From Trichoplax sp. H2 (taxonomy: Eukaryota), in NCBI GenBank assembly GCA_003344405.1, contig NOWV01000001.1, positions 496,001 to 560,000 of the forward strand: a stretch of 64,000 bases of DNA. The letters run 5' to 3'. Below, piece after piece: positions 60,336 to 64,000 of the stretch (position 1 is its first letter; every line of letters starts with the position of its first letter). The notes below the pieces were generated by a model. That model saw only the letters and a list, made by a program, of their open reading frames with translations, did no database searches and was not told the origin of the DNA. The position numbers and the translations under genes were made by a program.

Positions 60336-61541
60336 AAATACGATCCAATACAGTATAGTATAGTAAATTAAAAATTTCAAATACCTACATTTGCATACTG
60401 CTTGAGACAGGTGGCATATGTATACTACGTAACTTTCATAATTGATTAAAGCTTACTAGCTTAGACATATATTACAGTCCGAGTATGATTTATTTGTTCT
60501 TTGCATATCGCAATTGTAAAAAGTATAAAAGTATAAAATAATCTCATAACAATACATTTCACTCAACCGATAACTTAAATTTCCGCAATTAATCAATTTC
60601 TTCTAACTTAAAAGTAAGCGTATAACTTCTTCATTTATTATCATTGAAATAACATAATGTTATTTGTATGGTATCACGAATTATTTTTATTTATAAAACT
60701 GTGTACAAAGTTTCAATATTCATGTAAGCTATAAACTATTCTTTACTATCATTATCAAAATCCTTTCTGTCATATACTTGAAAATGTTGAGCTACGACGT
60801 TAATTAATTATTTACTTTTTGATGGCGATATAAATTTCAAACCAATGCCTCATTTCTCTACGTCATCTACAACCTACTATATATTTATTACGTAAATGGA
60901 GCTGCTTTAAGAATTCTTATCTATACTCTCCTGTTGTAAAATTTATTTCAGCATATTTTGTCTTTGGTATTTTATCCCTCGTCTAAGTAATACTTTACAA
61001 TTATGATAATATTGAAACTGAAGAAATTATCAATTCCTCAGTTCTTGTTGGTTTTAAATGTACTTTGAAAGTATGCTATATTGATTTACCTAGCGACTGC
61101 TTGATAATCACTATTTAATCTTGTATATATATATATACAGTATAATTAGACAATAATTGGGATTAAAAAAGATCTCCAAAGTATACATACACTTGTGGCT
61201 ATTAGTAAACTCAATAAAATTATACATCATCAACTGAAAGCCTGGCTGCTACTTGACTTTAATTGAGTACAGAATACTTCTAACCTGAAGACTGATAACT
61301 TGTTATTAAAGGCTAGCAATGATGCAATGAAGCTAGTCGAATAGGGTCTAGCAATAACCATCAAAAAATCTGATCAGTTTCATGTTTAATAATGAACTAC
61401 TTGTGGCCGAATGTAGTGTTGTGTGCGATCATTTTATATTTAACATGTTAGTCTAGGGAATATAGAAAATTCACATACAAGAAATAATTTTATTATAATA
61501 TACAAGTGCTGTAATGTGACAGCGATTTAATAAGCTACGTA

Positions 61542-63148
61542 TTAAGGCGTATCAATCGGGCCGTCGTCATTTTTCGGAGTAAGTTTATATACAAATTCGA
61601 TCCCGATCGACTTTTCCCGGCAACTACGAAGCATAGATAAGAGAAAAGTTTAGATAATGGCTCCAATTAGAAATTTTCAAATTTATATTAACAATAACAT
61701 TATCATATACACCTTACAGTAACTGTACAGTGTACAATGTATGATATCTACAATATATGCGATATCTAATAATGTGGGAAAAGCCAACGCACTTTATTAG
61801 ACGGATATAATCAGGATAATATTTATAGTAAATTAATTGCTGAAAGAGAACCCTCAATTACTCCCTATATCCGTCATAGCCGTCCATGTGTAGTGAACTA
61901 CATGTATTGTCCAGTATTCTCGACGGGACGCCGCATGTGTGCAGTATAAAATATATTTAATTAAATATATACTTTGTATGTGATAAATTTTAGCAGTTAG
62001 CATTTCATTATAATTATTTAAGAACACCATCTTTACGAACTGCCGATCGTAAGCAAGATCTTATAAAACTGAAATCGTTATTTTATGGATAAAATTAAGA
62101 ATTTATTATTACTATCATTATCAATACTACATTACTGCACCTGGCCTTGGATTCTTCCTTAAGTCTGTCCCTCCTCCTTTTCTTCTTTAGTTTACGTTTT
62201 TGATTTTTTGTTAAGATATTCTGCTCAGAAACTTGATCATTCAACGTTATTTCCTTTTTTCCAGGTAACTCCGCAAGATGAATCTTATTTGAGATTTCAC
62301 CTACAATATACGTATTCATATAATATTGCATTTGCTCATTTTATTTCCAATTAATTACTAACGTTGCATCCTTTTATAACCTGAATGTTCTTTAGGTCAT
62401 AGCTAAACATATTCTAGGAAACGCCTAGCTATTATCTCCTCGGAGGTAAGATAACTGCTCTATTACATCGATATTCGTATGTTTTTGCAACATTACAGTA
62501 TTGGCTCACTCAATACAGAAATACGAAACGTTCACACTTATGAAGTAGCAAGTGGCAGTACTAACTGAGGGTTCGTACTAAGGAATCATTGATATATGAT
62601 TCATTTTATAATTTTTGTACGGTATGTTGTGCTCGATAAATAAGTTAACGTCTAGTACCCAGTATCACCGTATGAATAAGTAAATCAACTTAGAATAACC
62701 GGACCGACATTACTGTACAATGTGCATCAGAGTACTGCAAATCACTATTGTACATACCTACATGCTTCTGTATTTTAGTCTTCCGAGGTAATGCGATGTC
62801 GTCAGTATTTGATAAATCATGATCGTCATCATCTTTTGCCCAATTATTGTCCATAATTGGAGGCAGAGATTCTGCACCTTCGCTGTTAACTTTGTTTGGA
62901 TCAGTCACATCAGTCATATCTTGTGCATCACTAGAGCTAATATTACTTTCAAATAGATTCGGATATAACTTTTCTAGTACGCGCCTCTTGAAATCTGATG
63001 AATTATAACATTGAAATGGATCGGTTAAAATCTGATAACACAGACTACAGTGTCATTAATTTTACAAGTACAACTAACAGAATTAACCCATTTCTCTGGA
63101 AAATCTTGCTTCCTCATCCTCACTGGTATCCGATCCCGCATCCTCCAT
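61542..63148 (-). CDS. ERICH1: ERICH1-like short acidic/basic protein, 179 aa; exons 63148-63088, 62994-62758, 62300-62141, 61623-61542
   Basis: FKRRVLEKLYP, LTKNQKRKLKKKRRR and GIEFVY resemble remembered ERICH1 motifs (FVEKVLQRLFP, ISKNKKRKLKKK, GVSFMY); four exons total 540 nt in frame with GT-AG introns. Confidence 0.65.
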
Positions 63149-63449
63149 CTTTAATGCAATGTACAGTATAGCATTAATAATAAATATCCGAACTGTGTTG
63201 TGAACGAAGACCAAAATGCTGTTCTGTACTGCGCTCAATTACACTTATACTGTATAATACACTACTTGACTGAGTACAGTATACGGTATAAGAGTACTAT
63301 CGTAGCGGGGAAGACGGTCTAACTTGATATATACTGTACAGTATGAAGAAATCACTATCCGACCATCAGGCCGTCTGCCTGTATGTCTGTATCAGGCCCG
63401 GCTCGGACTGCCGGACTGCTGTAATATAAGCAGAAAGAGAAGGTGACCA

Positions 63450-63953
63450 ATGGCGGTACAGAAAGCTTTTTCTTTTACCTATTACAGAGTAATTGCATCG
63501 AGCATATGCAGTTTTTTTTACTTTTATGATATTGCATGAATAACGGTGTACAATAGCTCTGATTGCTGTATACATGCGCGATATCATTAATAATATACAT
63601 ATATATGCGAGTACAATCTACTATTACAGTCATATTTTTTAGATATGGGATTTTCGAGATTTTTACCTATGGCTTTCCATTTTTTTCTTCCCAATTTTGA
63701 CTGTATAGCACCGGTATACTACAATATGTTATATACCAGTTGGTAAATTCCCTGCTCGCGATATTTTGCGAGGTTGTTTTTGAACATAATACAGTATTTC
63801 AATATATGTACTGTATAATTTTACTACATTTCTTTGTATGGTCTTAATCTCGTGCAACTCAATAATATTTCGTATTTCTTATGTTATGAACGATACTCAG
63901 AAATTGTTGGGACATGTGCTGTTGTGCACTTACACGCAGGCCCTCCGACAATG
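63450..63953 (+). CDS. Tentative first exons of a gene running off the right edge (MA|KLLGHVLLCTYTQALRQ...)
   Basis: ATG GCG|gtacag at 63450-63455 and cag|AAA...TG|gtaata at 63901-63953; divergent from the ERICH1-like gene across a GC-richer patch. Confidence 0.3.
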
Positions 63954-64000
63954 GTAATATCACACATATCATAGATAATAAATACTTTATAGTAAATATC

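Noticed and set aside
59950-60363. 137-aa ORF overlapping the last RIM exon
   Set aside because: Alternative frame of a coding exon with a non-ATG start call and no independent support.

Overview
AT-rich, intron-containing animal genomic DNA with compact genes and one 20-N assembly gap. Gene content, short introns and composition suggest an early-branching metazoan, plausibly the placozoan Trichoplax (inference only). No prokaryotic operons, CRISPR arrays, rRNA/tRNA or transposase ORFs were recognised. Manual splicing gives 11 multi-exon genes: two tandem TMEM104-like amino-acid transporters (+), CARM1/PRMT4 (-), NKAPD1-like (+), a glutaredoxin-DEP-DUF547 protein (+), a 65-aa two-exon single-TM microprotein (-), SMAP ArfGAP (+), LTV1 (-), a GLUT10/12-like transporter (+), a four-domain RIM presynaptic scaffold (+) and a short ERICH1-like gene (-). 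There are also two tentative partial genes at the window edges. The most notable non-coding structure is (TACAG)n/(CTGTA)n palindromic microsatellite concentrated at gene 5' ends, a tandem array of MITE-like inverted-repeat units in one bidirectional promoter, and several minisatellites. All family assignments come from remembered motifs, not database searches.
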